Below the pieces are notes generated by a model that was not told the origin of the DNA, searched no databases, and saw only the letters and a list, made by a program, of their open reading frames with translations. Below are positions 35,450-48,370 of a stretch of 64,000 nt of DNA, in pieces (within the stretch, counting starts at the first letter, position 1; each line of letters starts with the position of its first letter). The DNA is taken from NCBI GenBank assembly GCA_013239625.1, contig MU054049.1, positions 1,005,015 to 1,069,014 on the forward strand, read 5' to 3'. Origin of the DNA: Lama guanicoe. Lineage: Eukaryota. The position numbers were made by a program, and so were the translations under genes.

Positions 35450-37065
35450 CCCATGATTCCAAACGTTCACCCCTGCTCAGTTCTTTGGTGGAAGAAGGGC
35501 CATCTTTCCCTCTACTCCACCCTGGAACTGGAAGCCAGCAGGTGTGAACTTTTCAATGTTCCACTTAGACACTCACCCACATCCACACCATCCTCAAGTC
35601 CTTCCCTTCAGCTCCCGAGCGTGAAGAGACTCTCCTTTCCTCATAGCTCAGGTTAACCTGTACATGAGCCACTGATCCCACTGTTTCTTCTCTTACCCCC
35701 GAGAACCTGCGCCACCAGTGACCTTCCTCTTTGCTTTGTTTGTCAACCCTCTCTGGTCTACAGCCAAGCTCCCATCAGCCTAGAAATATACTTGAGTATC
35801 CGTCCCCTTATGTTGTATGGCCCTGCTCCCACCTCTTTTTTTTTGTTTTGTTTTTCCTCTTCTTTAAAGTCAAGTTTCTTGAATGAATTATTTAATTCAT
35901 TGTCTTCATTTCCTTGTCTCCAAATCTCTAGTTGACTCACTTACTGTCTAATCATTCCTCTGAAATGACTCTTGTACAAGTTACCAAAGGCCAATTTCTC
36001 TAGACAAAGCCAAGACATTTTCAGGCTTCATCCTACAGGACTTCTCTGAGGCATTCATGATGGTTAAACAGCCCTCGGTTTCTATGACATGTCTTTTCTG
36101 ATTTTCCTTATACCTTCCCCACCCTTCTTCTCCTGGTGTACACTTCGCTAGTGCTCTCCAGGTGTCTGACCTTGTCTGTACTTAACTCTCCATGAGGGAT
36201 GTTACCATCTCTCAGGGTTTATCTATCATCTGATTGCTGAATGACTCACAGATCTATGTAGAATTTGGACTTCTCACTTGAGCTTTCTTCTAGGGGTGTC
36301 CAGCTGTACCACTGAGGCTTCAAATTCAACATGTCTTCGTATCACTTAAACTTGCTCTTTCTCTTGACTTTGTGATCTCTCTTAATTTTTCATAGTTTAT
36401 CTAATTTAATTCATTCATTTAGGCAAACCAGAACTTTTGGAGTAATTCTTACCTTCTGCTATAGTTATCATTCTTCCCAATTTTATTTTCCGTGTAGCTC
36501 TTGAACTTGACTTGGAATTCCATTTCACTCATTGCACCATGTGAGTCCTCACCTGTACTGTCATGATGGTATCCTTAGGGTGCTCCCTACTTCTAGTCTT
36601 GTTGTCATTAAATCCATCCTTCAAATTGCTACCAGAGTGAGTTATCAAAAAAATGCTACTGGGACCACAACAGGCTTCTATTTATTTTTTTTTAAACTTT
36701 TGTTTTATTTTAATTTTTTTTATTGGATTATATAGTCAGTTACAATGTGTCAATTTCTGGTGTACAGGACAATGTTTAATATACTGATTTAATAAATCAG
36801 GCTTCTATTTAAAACCTCTCGTTCAAAATTCAGCTAAAGCAACATCTCAACCAGGGAGCCTTCACTGAACACTAAGGTCCCCTCTTCTGTGTGTTGACTG
36901 TGACCTGTGTCATGGTGTCCTGTGTATAGCTCTGTCTCAACATTGGCCATGTCAACACATAACTATACACTCTTCTGTTGGGCCCAACAAAACCAGAGAT
37001 GGGTCTCATCTTTGTACCCCAGAGCCTGAAAAATAATAGGTGGGCAGTGACTGTTTGTTGAACTT
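35450..37065 (+). mobile_element. Degenerate L2 LINE (~1.6 kb) carrying a nested L1 tail
   Basis: L2 motifs ttcaaattcaacatgtc, aatccatccttcaaattgctaccagagtgag, tctttgtaccccagagcctg...tgtttgttgaa. Boundaries approximate. Confidence 0.65.
36685..36797 (-). mobile_element. Very short L1 3' tail insertion with perfect 14-bp TSD
   Basis: TSD caggcttctattta at 36671-36684 and 36798-36811; poly-T followed by tatagtcagttacaatgtgtcaatttctggtgtacag. Confidence 0.85.
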
Positions 37066-37274
37066 AACAGAGAGGAAATTTGAGGGTAGACATGGAGTAT
37101 CTGAGCAAGGGGGTAAGCAACCCGGGGCTGTAGCGATTGTAGATGGGATTTATTTGAAGAGTAAAGATGATTTATAGCTGAAATCATTTTCTGTAAGTGT
37201 TCATTTTGAAGCGACCACCTCGGTTAATTTTTTCCAGCTAATTTTATCTATGACTTTCACCCAAATAGTCTCTG

Positions 37275-37480
37275 GTGACCCTTTTCAATTTACAAAGTGC
37301 TTTCATGCTACAGTCTCCTCCTTTCTCTGTAATGTCTCTTTAGAATAGACAGAGGAGGTACTATTACCTTCATTTTATAGACAATAAATCAAATTGCAGA
37401 AATATTAAGCAATTGCCCACAGAATGTGGCTGGTAAAAGCGAAGAACCAAGATGTCTGGACTTGTATTGCTTCTAGCCCA
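37275..37480 (-). mobile_element. MIR SINE
   Basis: tttacaaagtgctttca...ggtactattaccttcattttatagac...ttaagcaattgcccacag. Confidence 0.7.
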
Positions 37481-38342
37481 CACTCTCATTTTGCAACGCT
37501 CAGAAGAGCAGGGGAGTCTGAATATCTTTTCACATATCATGCTGGAGCCTGCCTGCCTGAAACTCCCTACCCAGGCCGACATAACCCTCTGGGACCATCC
37601 TTACTAGGCCCAGTCTTCTTCAGTGCGATTCCACATTTACTGTGTGACAGGAGCCACTTTGTGTCCAAGTGCCCCCCAAGAGTTCTCTTCTGCTGCACGT
37701 CTCCAAAGCATCATATTAGAAAAAAAACGTCTGGGCTTTTGCCTTCGATGTAAAATTAGTCATATTTGTCAACATTTTATGTTGCTTGCAATGCTCATAA
37801 TGACAATTACTTTTAATGTGTGTAAACACGTAACAGCAATATTAAGGAAAATTTTGTAAACAAAAAATAAAGGAAGAAAAGAAAGAAATCACCCTATTCC
37901 CACCACTCCAAAACAGTAACTAGGATTTTAAAAATTATATTGTTTCTATATTTTTGAGTCTTTGCTGGTAAACTCTTTGTAATTTTATTGAAGTATAACA
38001 CATATGGAAAAAAGTGTTCAAATCACAAATATACAGATTTAAGAATTTTTGCAGAGGGAACATGTGACCACTACCCAGATTTAAAAATGCATTCATAGCA
38101 CCCCAGAAGCACCCCTACACTCCATGCCCCCTGCTAGTCCCTAGCACCCACTGGCCCCAAAGTAACTAATTTCCTAACATCTGATACCATACATCATTTT
38201 TCCCACATTTTTATTTTTATGGATTTGTGATAACATATATTCTCCTGCCTGGCTTATTTCATTTCAAACTATGTGAAGTGTATCCATGTCATTTCATGAT
38301 GTGGTAGTGCCTTCATTTTCATAGTGAGAGAACAACATTTTC

Positions 38343-39897
38343 ATAGAGTTCTCAACCTTTTTGGCCTCAGGACCCCTTTACCCTCTTAAAAATTATTGAG
38401 GACTCGAAAGAGCTGTTGTTTGTATAGATTGTATCTGTTGCTATTTATCTTATTAGAAATTAAAACAATTCTAAAAATAACACATTTATTAATTCATTTT
38501 AAAATAATAGTAATACATTTATTATGGTTAAGCATAAATAGCATTTTAATAAATAACTATTTTTCAAAAGAAAAAATTGTGAAAAGAGTAGTAGTGTTTT
38601 ATATTTTTGTAAATCCCTTTAATATCTATCTGGTTTAGAAGAAGATGGTTGGATTCTCTTCCCTGCTTCTTTATTCAATCAGTTGTAATATGTTTTTTTT
38701 TTTTTGTTTGAAATACGGGAAGAAAATCTGGGTTTTCACAGATGTGTAGTTAGAAAAGGAAGGAGAATTTTAATAGACTTTTCAGAAAATTGTAGATATT
38801 CTTCTTTGATACTACACCAAAATTCAACAATTTTGGTAGGTTCTTAAAGGTTACTTGAAACTTTAATCAGGGGAATTTTTGTACTCTGTTACCTTAAAAT
38901 GTATGAATTATCTTGCACTTTGAATAGATGTTTTAACCCATACATAATTTGTACATGGATCGGAACATGCATGTAACATGAGTTGGGAATATTGGTTCCC
39001 TGAGTTCCGTACGTCTCCCAAAAGTTGACACACTTTATTATGCAGTATGGAAAAATCATATTCATGCACCACCAATCTTATCAGAAGAATATTTATCTAC
39101 TGGGAAACTGTCAAGCTCACAGAGGAAGGTACTGTCAAGCTCACAGAGGAAGGTACAAGTTTTCCAACATTTTAATATCTGAAATTTGAAAGCTCAAATT
39201 TTATTATAGGCAGCAAAGACTGTCAGTGGTTTTATTTGATATGACAGGTTCACTTTGTTCATTTGCAAGAAAGTATCTGCCAGATGTCCAAGTCTTCATA
39301 ACTGTAATTTTGTCTGTCAGTCATTCTTTCAAATAAAAATGATGTTCTATGACAGAAGCAGCTAGTTCAGCTCACGACTCTAACAATTACACAAGTGCTT
39401 CTCCTTGAAACGACCGTCATGATTTTTGATATTCAGAAGTGCTTTATGCAGATTTCCCATTTTATCACGTAGACTATTGAAAAAGAAGTGTAGGCAAAGG
39501 TTGAGATTTCATAAAATTAACCATTTGTGTTGTTTCAGCAATGACATTCTTTTTTTGTATGTATATATTTTATTGAAGTATAGTCAGTTTACAATGTTGT
39601 GTCAGTTTGTGGTATACAGCATCAGTGACATTCTTAAGTAAGATTTTTTTTTTCCTTATGAGTTTCTAGTGGTGAGGATGGCAATACAATGGTTACTGTA
39701 CAGTTGGTGCCAATGCCCTGATTCGGGCTGCGACACTAGTTTTACTCACTGTGGCTTTTGAACTGTCAATGCAAATGGCAACACGGTGAAAAAAGGCAGA
39801 TGTCCTAGTATTTTGAAAATAGTTTTGACTTCACAGATTCCCTGAAAGGGTATCAGGAACCTCTAGGAATTCATGGACCACACTTCAAGAACCATCA
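38343..39897 (-). mobile_element. Charlie1a-like hAT DNA transposon, near full length
   Basis: Both termini recognisable (gagttctcaacctttttggcctcaggacccc and ggaccacacttcaagaacc). It splits an L1 3' fragment that resumes at ~39900. Confidence 0.85.
39552..39625 (-). mobile_element. Short L1 3' tail inserted in Charlie1a
   Basis: ttttattgaagtatagtcagtttacaatg flanked by the direct repeat tgacattctt (39542-39551, 39626-39635). Confidence 0.8.
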
Positions 39898-42800
39898 TCG
39901 TAAAGGATTCAGTATTTAAATGTATCATAATTTATTTATCCAGTCTATTACTGGTGGACATTTGCATTGTTCCCAGTTTGGGACTATTTCAAACACTGCT
40001 GTTACGAACATTCTCTCACATGTCTTTTGGAACACATGTGTGAATTTCTGCTGAGTATGTATCTAGGCATGAAATTGCTGTTTCACTGGGTATGCGTATA
40101 TTCATCTTTTAAGACACTATCAAACGATGTTTCAAAATGGCTGTACCAATTCAGCAAGGTAGGAGAGTTCCAGTTGCTCCAAATCATAATCAAAATGTGC
40201 TATTATTAGCCTATTTGAATTTAGATATTCTTATTGTGGTTTTAGTTTATATCCCTCAGATGGCAAATGAAGTTGACCATTTTCTCATATGTCTGTTGGC
40301 CATTGGCATCCTTTTTTTTTAAATGAAGTACCTGTTCAATTTTTTTCTTTTAAGAAAATTTCTACTAAATGTCTCTTTTTTAAATCTTACTTACTTATAG
40401 TTGTTATTTGTCTTTTCTGGATGTGAATACTTTTTTTTTTGAATGGTAAAGATAGAGCCCTCATTGGCTTTTCTAAAATTAAACTTTTTATTTTGAGAAT
40501 TGTAGATTCACATTCAATTGTAAGTATTAATACAGAGAGATCCCATGTACTCTTTACTTGGTTTCCCCCATTGGTATCATCCTGCAGAAGTGTAATACAG
40601 TATCACAAGGAACATTTCCATCATTACAAGATGTTGCCCTTTGGGGATTGTCTTTTCTCACTCAGCACAATTCTGTGCAGATTCATCCAGGTTGCTGCAT
40701 GTATCCACCGTTCAGTCCTTCTTATTGTCGAACAATATTCCACGGGAGTATGTTTCACAGTTTGTTAACTCATTCACCTGTTGAAGGCCATCTGGATTGT
40801 TTCCAGTTTTTGTCTTTTATGAATAAAACTTCTATAAACATTCATGTATACATTTTTGTGTGAGTGTAGGTCTACATTTCGCTGGGATAAATCCCCAGTG
40901 TTTACAACTGCTGGATCCTATGGTAGGCATCTAGATTTTGAAAAGTCTACTGATGTGTTTTCCAGAGTGTGTACCATACGTTCCCATCAGTAATATATGA
41001 GTAATCGAGTTTCTCAGTATCCACGCCAGCATTTGGTGTTGCCATTTTTTAATTTTAACTCTTCAGATAGATGTGTAGTGATACCTCACTGTAGTTTTTA
41101 TTTTCATTTTCCTAATGGATAATGATGTAGAACATAGTCCTCATGTGCTTTGTCGCCATCTGTGTGTTCTCTTTAGTGAAGAGTCTATTCATGTCTTTTG
41201 CACATATTCTAATGGAATTTTTTTCTTTACTGTTGAGTTTTAAGTTTTTACTGTTACATTTCATGTATGTTATAGATACTAGTCCTTTGATGGATACATG
41301 GCTTGCAAATGTTTTCTCCCAGATTAAGCTTATTATTATATCATCTTCCTACAGGTTTTTGCAGAGCAAAAGTTTTTAATGTTGATGGGGTCCAATTCAT
41401 TATGTGTGTGTAAATTGTGCTTTTGGTGTAAAATGCTATAGCATTATGTTATCTTTGACCAGAGATCATTTCTTTCTAATTGGATGCCTTTTATTTCTCT
41501 TCCTTTCCTGCTTTCCTTGTCTAGAACTTCCAGTACAATGCTGACTAGATGTGGTGAGAGTGGACATCCTGGTCTTGTTTTTGATGCTAGAGGGAGCCAT
41601 CTAGTTTTTCAGTACTAAGTATGATGTTGGCTATGGGTTTTTCTGGATGCCTTTTATCAGGTTGAGGAAGCTCTCTTTTTTCCTAGTTTTTTTTTTTTAT
41701 GAAAGGATGTTAAATATTGTCAGACACTTTAATTTGCCTGCTGAAATGATTATGTGTACATTACATTAATTGTTTTCAGGTGTTAAACCAATTTTGCATT
41801 ACTGGGGTAAATCCCACTTGATCATGGTGTATAATTCTTTTTAATGTTGCTGGATTCAGTTTGTTAGTATTTATTGAGGATTTTTGCATTCTGTGTATAA
41901 GAAATATTGGTGTGTATTTTGTTTTTCTTGTGATATATTTATCTGGTTTTATTATCAGGATAATACTGGTCTCATAGAATGTGTTGAGAAATGTTCCTTC
42001 TAATTTTTGGAAGAGTTTGTGAAAATTAGTATTAATTGTTCATTAAGTGTTTGGTAGACTTCAGCAGTGACGACATTTAAGCCTAGGCTTTTCTTTGTGG
42101 GTAGTTTAAAAAATATTATTATTACTAATTCAATTTCTTTACTTGTTAATGAGTATATTTTGACTATTCATTTCTTCTTGAGTCAGTTTTGGTAGTTTGT
42201 GTCTTTCTAAACGTGTCTACTTCATCTAAGTAAATCTAACTTATTGGCAAAAAACAACCTTGATGGGATGTTTTTTGGGAGTAGAGTCAAAATATCAGGG
42301 TCCCAAGGGGAGAAGAGTGCAAAGCCAAGCCAGAAAAATGGGAAAAACAAACAAACAGATACATTCCTTTATAATCATAGTGTCATCATTCTATTCCTCA
42401 TGATATTCCTTTATAATACTTCTTATTTCTTAAGGCTAGTAGCAAGGTCCCTGTGTTTATTTCTGATCATAGTAATTTGAGTCTTCTCTTTTTTTTCTTA
42501 AATTTAGCTAGTTTGCTCAATTTCTTGATCTTTCCAAAGCACCAGATTTTGGTTTAATTAATTTTGTCTGTTGTTTTTCTGTTCTGTAATTTATGACTTC
42601 CTGCTCTAATCTTTATTATTTCCTTCCTTTTGCTTGTTTTAGGCTTAGTTCACTCTTCTTTTTCCAGAGTTTTAAGATAGGTTAGAATATTGATTTAAGG
42701 TATTTCTTTTTCTCTATTTACAACTACAAATTTTCTTCTATGCTCTGTTTTAGCTAGGTCCAGTACATTTTGGTATGTTATCTCTTTATATTCATTCATC

Positions 42801-44064
42801 TCAAAGTTTTCCCTTTTGAATAAGGAAACACTTTTTTGACCCATTGATTATTCAAGAGTGTTATATAGTTTACACTTATTTTTAATTTTAACAAATTTCT
42901 TTCTGTGAATTGATTTCTACTTTTATTTCATTGTGGTCAGAAAACATACTGTGTATTATGTCTGCTCAGATTTTTGTAGGTTTGTTTTATGGCCTAGTAT
43001 ATGTTCTGTCCTGGAGAATGGTCCACGTACACTTGTGAAGAATGTGTGTTTTACTGGTTTTGGATGGAGTGTTCTATAGATGTCCGTTAGGTCTGGATGG
43101 TTTATAGTATTCTGGTTTTCTGTTCCCTTGATGACCTTCTGTCTAGTTGCTCTATTCAATATTGAAAGTGAGCCATTAAAATCTCCAGCTGTCACTATTG
43201 AATTGTTTATTCCTTCCTTCACTTCTGTAAGTTTTTGCTTTATATATTTTGATGCTTTGCTAATCATTATATTTGCTTATATGTTGTATATGTTTATAAT
43301 TGTTACAGCTTTCAGACAGATTGACCCTTTATCATTATAAAATGTCCTTCTTTATCTCTGGTTTTATGTTTTGTTTTAGAGTTTTTGTCTATTATTAGTA
43401 TAGCCAGTTCAGCTTTCTTGTAGTTACTCTTTACATGATATACCTTTTTCCATTCTTCTACTTTCAGTTTGTATCTTTGACTCTAAAGTGTGTCTCCTGA
43501 AGACAGCATATACTTGGATTTTGTTTAATTTTTTATCCAATCTGACAATCTCTGCCTTTTAATTGGATTGTTCATTCCATTCATATTTGAAATTATTATT
43601 GATATGGTTGAGTTTATATCTTTTTATGTCATTTTACTTTTTGTTTTTTATGTGTCATGTCTTTTTTTGTCTCTACTTCATCTTTACTGCTTTCTTTTGC
43701 ATTAATTGAAGGTATTATGCTGTAGCATTTAAAATTTTTAATACTTTTTTCACTATTATTTTTGAGTTATTCCTTAGTGGTTGCTCTAAATTTACCAGAT
43801 GCACATAACTCATCAGAATCAGCTTCATGCTTATACTAACTTAATTCCAGTGAGGCAGAGAAATGTTACCCCTTTACCTTTAATCCTGCCTCCTTTAATG
43901 GTATTATTATTACACATATTCCACTTGTAAATGTTATAAACTCAACAATACATTCTCATAATTATTCATTTATGTAATTTTATGTCTTTTAAATAAGCTG
44001 AGAGAAAAAAAGAGGAGAGCAGGTATACATTTATAGGTTTTATAAATGTTATTTCTTTCTCTTA

Positions 44065-44405
44065 TTTATTATTTTTAATTGAATTATAGTTGATTTATAA
44101 TATTATATTAGTTTCAAGTGGACAACATAATGATTCAGATTTTTTAGCAGATTACACTCCATTAAAATTCATTATGAGATAATGACTGTAATTCACTGTG
44201 TTATACAATATATCCTTATTGCTTACCTATTTTATACATAGTAGTTTGTATCTCTTAATCCCATACCCCTATCTTGCCCCTCCCTCCTTCCCTCTCCTCA
44301 CTGGTAACCACTAGTTTGTTTTTTATATCTGAGGGTCTGTGTCTGTTTTGTTATATATATATATACTTTTTTTGTTTAATTTTTTTAGATTCCACATATA
44401 AGTGA
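44065..44405 (-). mobile_element. L1 3' UTR (L1MA9-like or younger)
   Basis: ttatagttgatttataatattatattagtttcaagtg...ctggtaaccactagtttg...ttagattccacatataagtga. Confidence 0.8.
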
Positions 44406-45657
44406 ACATCTCTCATTAAATTATTTCTAAGTATTTGATATTTTTAATACAAAAGTCATTAGTCTATAATTTTAAAATATTTTTTTTAAAATCATTTGTT
44501 GTTAGCATGTACAAATACAGTAACATTTTGTGTTAATAGATCTTGCTCAAGTTCTTTTTAATTATAATAGTTTATCTATGGGTATTTTTTCATTTTTAGT
44601 GTACAGAATAGTGTTTACTATGAGTAATTTTAGTTTTATTTTTCCTTTCAAACCTTGTACCTTTTATATCTTTTCCTTTTTCTATTGCACTGGTTAGTAC
44701 CCTCATTAAAATGTTGACTACAAACAGTGATAGTAGACATTCTTCTCTCATTTCCGATTGCAGGGTAAAACTAATATAATACTTGCTTCATATTTGTTGC
44801 AGCTGTCCTTGATCAGATTAAGGAAGTTTTCTTCTTTTAATTTGCTGAGACTTTTTATTCTTAATGGCTGTTGCATTTTATGAAATGCTTTCTCTAAACT
44901 GTTGAGAAGATCATGTGATGTTTCTCCCTTAATTCATAAATGCGGCAAATCATGTTCAATGTTTTTCAATCTTCATGTCAATTTGTATTCTTGGAATGAA
45001 TCCAATTATGTGGTGCTACATTATACTTTTATATATTGCTGAATTCAATTTACTTTTTTTCCTCAAAGTTTCTCCCCCATCCTCTCACTCTCATTTATGC
45101 TCGTCCTGAAATTTTCTCTGTGGGAAGAGTTTTATTTATGGATTTATTTTCTGTAATAGACATTGCATAATTCAGATTTTCTATTTCATTTTGTATCAAG
45201 TTTGACAAGCTGTATTTTCCTGGAAATGTCTCTCGTTCATCCAAAATTTCAGATGTATTAGCGTAAAACTATTCGTAATGACTTTTTAAATGATACCTCC
45301 TTTCCTCATTCCTGTCCCTAGTAAATTTTGCCTAGTTCTTTGTTTCTTATCAGACTTTCTGGGGGACTTTTAATTTATTTTTCTTAGGTTTTAATTTTTT
45401 TCAAATTTCTTGATATGCATGATTAATTTATAGGCTTAAATTTACATTCACTTTATATATATATATATATTCCCACAAAAATTTTTAGCTCTAACATATA
45501 TGCTTCATTGTGTCATTTTTCATTCTAATTTAGTCTAAAATATTTTCCAATTTTTTTAAATTATTTTTTTCTTAGTCTTTATTTTTGCAGTTTTACTATG
45601 ATAGGCTTATGTGTGGTTTTATTTGCATTTTTGTTGTTTCAGGTTTATGGAATTTCT

Positions 45658-45887
45658 TTTTTTAATTTTGTTTTTTATTGAAGTGTAGTTGATTTATGAT
45701 GTTAGTTTCAGGTGTACAGCAAAGCGATTCAGTTATACATATACAGATGTATATATTTTTTCAGATTCTTTTCCATTGTATGTTATTATAAGAAATTGAA
45801 TATGGTTCCCTATGCTATAGAGTAGATCCTTGTTGTTTATCTGTTTTATAGTGAGTAATGTGTATCTGTTAATCTCAAGCTCCTAAT
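45658..45887 (-). mobile_element. Younger L1 3' end
   Basis: Same family as the 7080-7258 copy; degenerate TSD tttatggaatttct / tttgtagaatttct. Confidence 0.85.
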
Positions 45888-46192
45888 TTTGTAGAATTTC
45901 TCAAGCCTGTGACTTGATGCCTTTCATCCATTTGGGAAAATGCTCGTTAACTTTTCATATATTGCTTCTGACCCATTCTTTCTCTATCTTTGAGACTACA
46001 GTTCCACATATGTTAGATACTTTCTACATATTACATATGTATATTACTAATATTACATAATATATTACATAACTCTATCTTGTATTTTTCATACTTTCAT
46101 CTCATCATAGTTAGCAAGAATATTTCTTCAAGTTCACTCATCCTCTGTTGAGTTGTGTCCACCCTGCTGTTAAACTCACCTATGGAATTTCT

Positions 46193-46304
46193 TTTGGGAG
46201 CGGTTGGTTATTCATTTATTTCTATTTGGGGTGGATACTAGGGACTGAACTGGGACCTTGTGTATGTCAAGCATGCACTCTACCACTTGAGCTATGCCCT
46301 TCCC
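46193..46304 (-). mobile_element. tRNA-Ala-derived SINE (Vic-1-like)
   Basis: gggactgaactgggacc...gcatgcactctaccacttgagctatgcccttccc; perfect 16-bp TSD cacctatggaatttct (46177-46192, 46308-46323). Confidence 0.88.
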
Positions 46305-47495
46305 TCACACCTATGGAATTTCTAATTTCAATTAATTCACCGTACAGATTTAGAATTTTTATTTGGATAGTTTCATAGATTTCATGTCTCTTGCAGAATT
46401 CTCCATATTGCATTTTGGACCATATTATTTGCATTATTTTAAGGTCCATGTCTGATAACTCTAATATCTGGGTACCTTTGGGTATGTTTTTATTGTTTGT
46501 TTTTCTGTTGCTTCTTTCTGTGGGCATATCTAATAATTTCTGCTTGACTGCTGAACATTGTGTTTAAAAATCCTTGATTAGAGACTTCACATGATGTGAC
46601 CCTTCTCCAGAGGGGACTTTTTTTTTTGTCTTCTTGCATGTTTGGGGGGTAGGGGCACATCACTATAATGTACTCAGAGATTGAGCCTATTGGAAGTTGG
46701 GTCTTGGCTTTGTAAGGCCTGGTCTGTTTCCTGCATGTTTCTATTTTGCGGCTCTTCAGGGAACCCACGAGGCGAGGCCTCCTTCTGTTGGCTTCTACAG
46801 ACTGAGACTGCTGGAACTTTACTTACGTCCTCAGCCTCTCAGCACCCCTACTGTTTATGAATTGGCAGTCGCTTAAAGAGGAACACTGATGCAGAAAGCT
46901 GGGCCTATTTCTCTTTACTGTCCTCTTTCTGGCCTCTTGATTCCTTATGTTCTGGAGGCCTTGGTTGACCTGGACACCAGTTTTGTCTTCTTGGCCACCT
47001 GAGGCTTCCAAAAACTCTGTTAGGCTTCTCTGCTTCTCAGCCACCACTTTCTGCTCAGTTTCTCAGCCTCTTGTGCTATTTGCCTACTTGCTAATATCTT
47101 GGGGGAAGGGGAGAACATAGATATTGGACACTGGGCACATCTTAGTGAGTCTTGGCTCTCTTGGTAGCTCTCTGCTGTCTTAAAGTACATTATTCAAATC
47201 TAGCTTTTCTACTTACTCTTGAGAGAAAGATTTATCTACTATAAGCTAGTTCATCACAGCTGGAAGTGGAATAACCCATAAGGATGAACTTCAGTTCATT
47301 CAAATTGATTGAAGTGACCCATAAACCTGTCTGTGAATGTATCAGCATGGCTGAGACGTGTATGCGTGAGGGTGTGACTGATCTGGTCACCGAGTGCTGT
47401 GGCTGTCACTTCCCCTGGTAGTTGGTTAGAGCAGAGAAGCTCCCCTGTATACTCACAACTGCCATTAGCTCTGACTTGTTTTCTCTCTTCTCCAG

Positions 47496-47573
47496 GATTT
47501 TGTGTCATGTATTGAGAACTATAGACGAAGAGGTCAGGAACTCTACGCATCCCTATACAAAGATCACGTACAG
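47496..47573 (+). CDS. WDFY4: WDFY4 coding exon (78 nt, phase 0/0): DFVSCIENYRRRGQELYASLYKDHVQ
   Basis: Strong acceptor ttttctctcttctccag|GAT with a ctgac branch-like motif, donor CAG|gtaaga. Not in the ORF track. Confidence 0.95.
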
Positions 47574-47789
47574 GTAAGAGACAAGACAGTGCCTTTCTCT
47601 GCACAGTAGACCGGAGTCCACCTTGAACTTGAAATAAAGAATCACAAGGGCCTTCGGTTTAAATTTGAAATTGGCTAAGTCAATAATTGGTCATTAGCAA
47701 TTCACTCCTACCTGTGTAGTGTGACCTGTGTAGTGGGATTTGTACCCACACTGTCAGCATCTGAGGAGATGGGCAGTGAGTGTGTCCAT

Positions 47790-48370
47790 CCACTTATCTA
47801 CTGAATTTCCAATTAGCAAATAGGCCCTGAGAGCTGAGGGTGTAGCAGACCCTGTGCTAGGAGCTAGGGGCATGACTGTGAACACACCAGGCGTGGGCCT
47901 CACTCTCATGAACTTCACTCTGAAGGAGAGCTAGACATTCAATCACTGCACGAATAAATAGATCATCATAATTTGGAATGCGCAACAGGCAGGAAAAATG
48001 CGGTGGGAGATTATGATTGGGGGTGGGTATTTCATTTGAGCAGATCAGAGGCCCTCTCCAAGGAAGTGACCTCTAAGTTAAAATCTGAAGAAGGAGGCAT
48101 AGGAGCTAAAAAGCATTTTAAGGAAATGGTTTTGACTAAGGGGCGGGAATGTGTGAGGCTCCCGGGTCAGGAAAGCACTGGTGTCATCAGTTACGTGGGA
48201 GAAGAGGAGGTAACTGGGATGAGCTGAGCTGGGAAGAGACAAGGGTGAAGATGAGGCAGGGCCAGCGCACAGAGGGCTTGCTGCCACTTTAGGGTTTTGC
48301 ATATTACCCTAAGGGCGATGGGTTGCCACTGATGACGGCAGGTTTAGATACTGGAATCACCTCTCCAGGT
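47790..48370 (-). mobile_element. L2 LINE fragment
   Basis: gaccctgtgctaggagctagggg...tcagaggccctctccaaggaagtgacctctaag. Confidence 0.6.

Larger units (their letters stand above)
37980..47270 (-). mobile_element. Patchwork of old antisense L1 (L1M/L1MB/MC/ME) fragments with nested younger insertions
   Basis: T-rich L1 3' end, ORF2 and 5'-region fragments. ORF 42956-43267 (-) is a degraded L1 endonuclease segment (AGDFN, DLTDIYRTLHP, HILGHK). Confidence 0.85.

Noticed and set aside
38343..39897. Intact hAT transposase
   Set aside because: The element is only ~1.5 kb, has no long ORF and is interrupted by an L1 tail.
42956..43267. Endonuclease-like ORF as an active or domesticated gene
   Set aside because: Short remnant of L1 ORF2 surrounded by stops and frameshifts.
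15701..47495. Missing constitutive WDFY4 exon in the long intron
   Set aside because: The flanking exons join in phase 0 to give ...DPECKAE|DFVSCIENY..., continuous with the remembered human protein.
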